DNA from: Callorhinchus milii | Lineage: Eukaryota | Assembly (NCBI RefSeq): GCF_018977255.1 | Contig: NW_024704743.1 | Span: 86,368,001-86,432,000, forward strand | DNA length: 64,000 nucleotides | Reading direction: 5' to 3' | Part shown: positions 63,933 to 64,000 of the stretch, one piece after another | Numbering within the stretch: the stretch's first letter is position 1 | Layout of the letters: every line of letters begins with the position of its first letter | Notes under the pieces: generated by a model | Seen by the model: only the letters and a program-made list of their open reading frames with translations | Told to the model about the DNA's origin: nothing | The model's database searches: none | Program-made: the position numbers and the translations under genes

Positions 63933-64000
63933 TTGCATTATGGCTGCTGAGCTTGACCCCAAAGTCGCTCTATTTGTCAGTATATATTAGCAGAAGTTTG

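Overview
This is eukaryotic (vertebrate) genomic DNA, AT-rich and very repeat-dense. The repeat families (SacSINE1/Deu-like SINEs, young L2 LINEs with (TTG)n tails, CR1 LINEs) point to a cartilaginous fish, probably a chimaera such as elephant shark; this is an inference. The only host gene I can support is on the minus strand: the last two coding exons of an angiopoietin-1-like gene (45017-45147 and 39566-39726, fibrinogen-domain C-terminus, canonical GT/AG sites). I found no upstream exon, so 45148-64000 is probably intron and roughly 1-36 kb is downstream/intergenic. The rest is mostly SINE, L2, CR1 and MITE-like debris; repeat boundaries are approximate. The main observation is one SINE copy (27687-28006) with about 35-38 A->G changes and about 3 other changes relative to its siblings, the pattern expected if an ADAR-hyperedited RNA was retrotransposed. 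Also notable: an apparent tRNA+CORE+Deu+L2-tail chimeric SINE architecture, a ~0.7-1 kb inverted duplication enclosing further inverted repeats (17-26 kb), and several small fold-back/templated-insertion scars.
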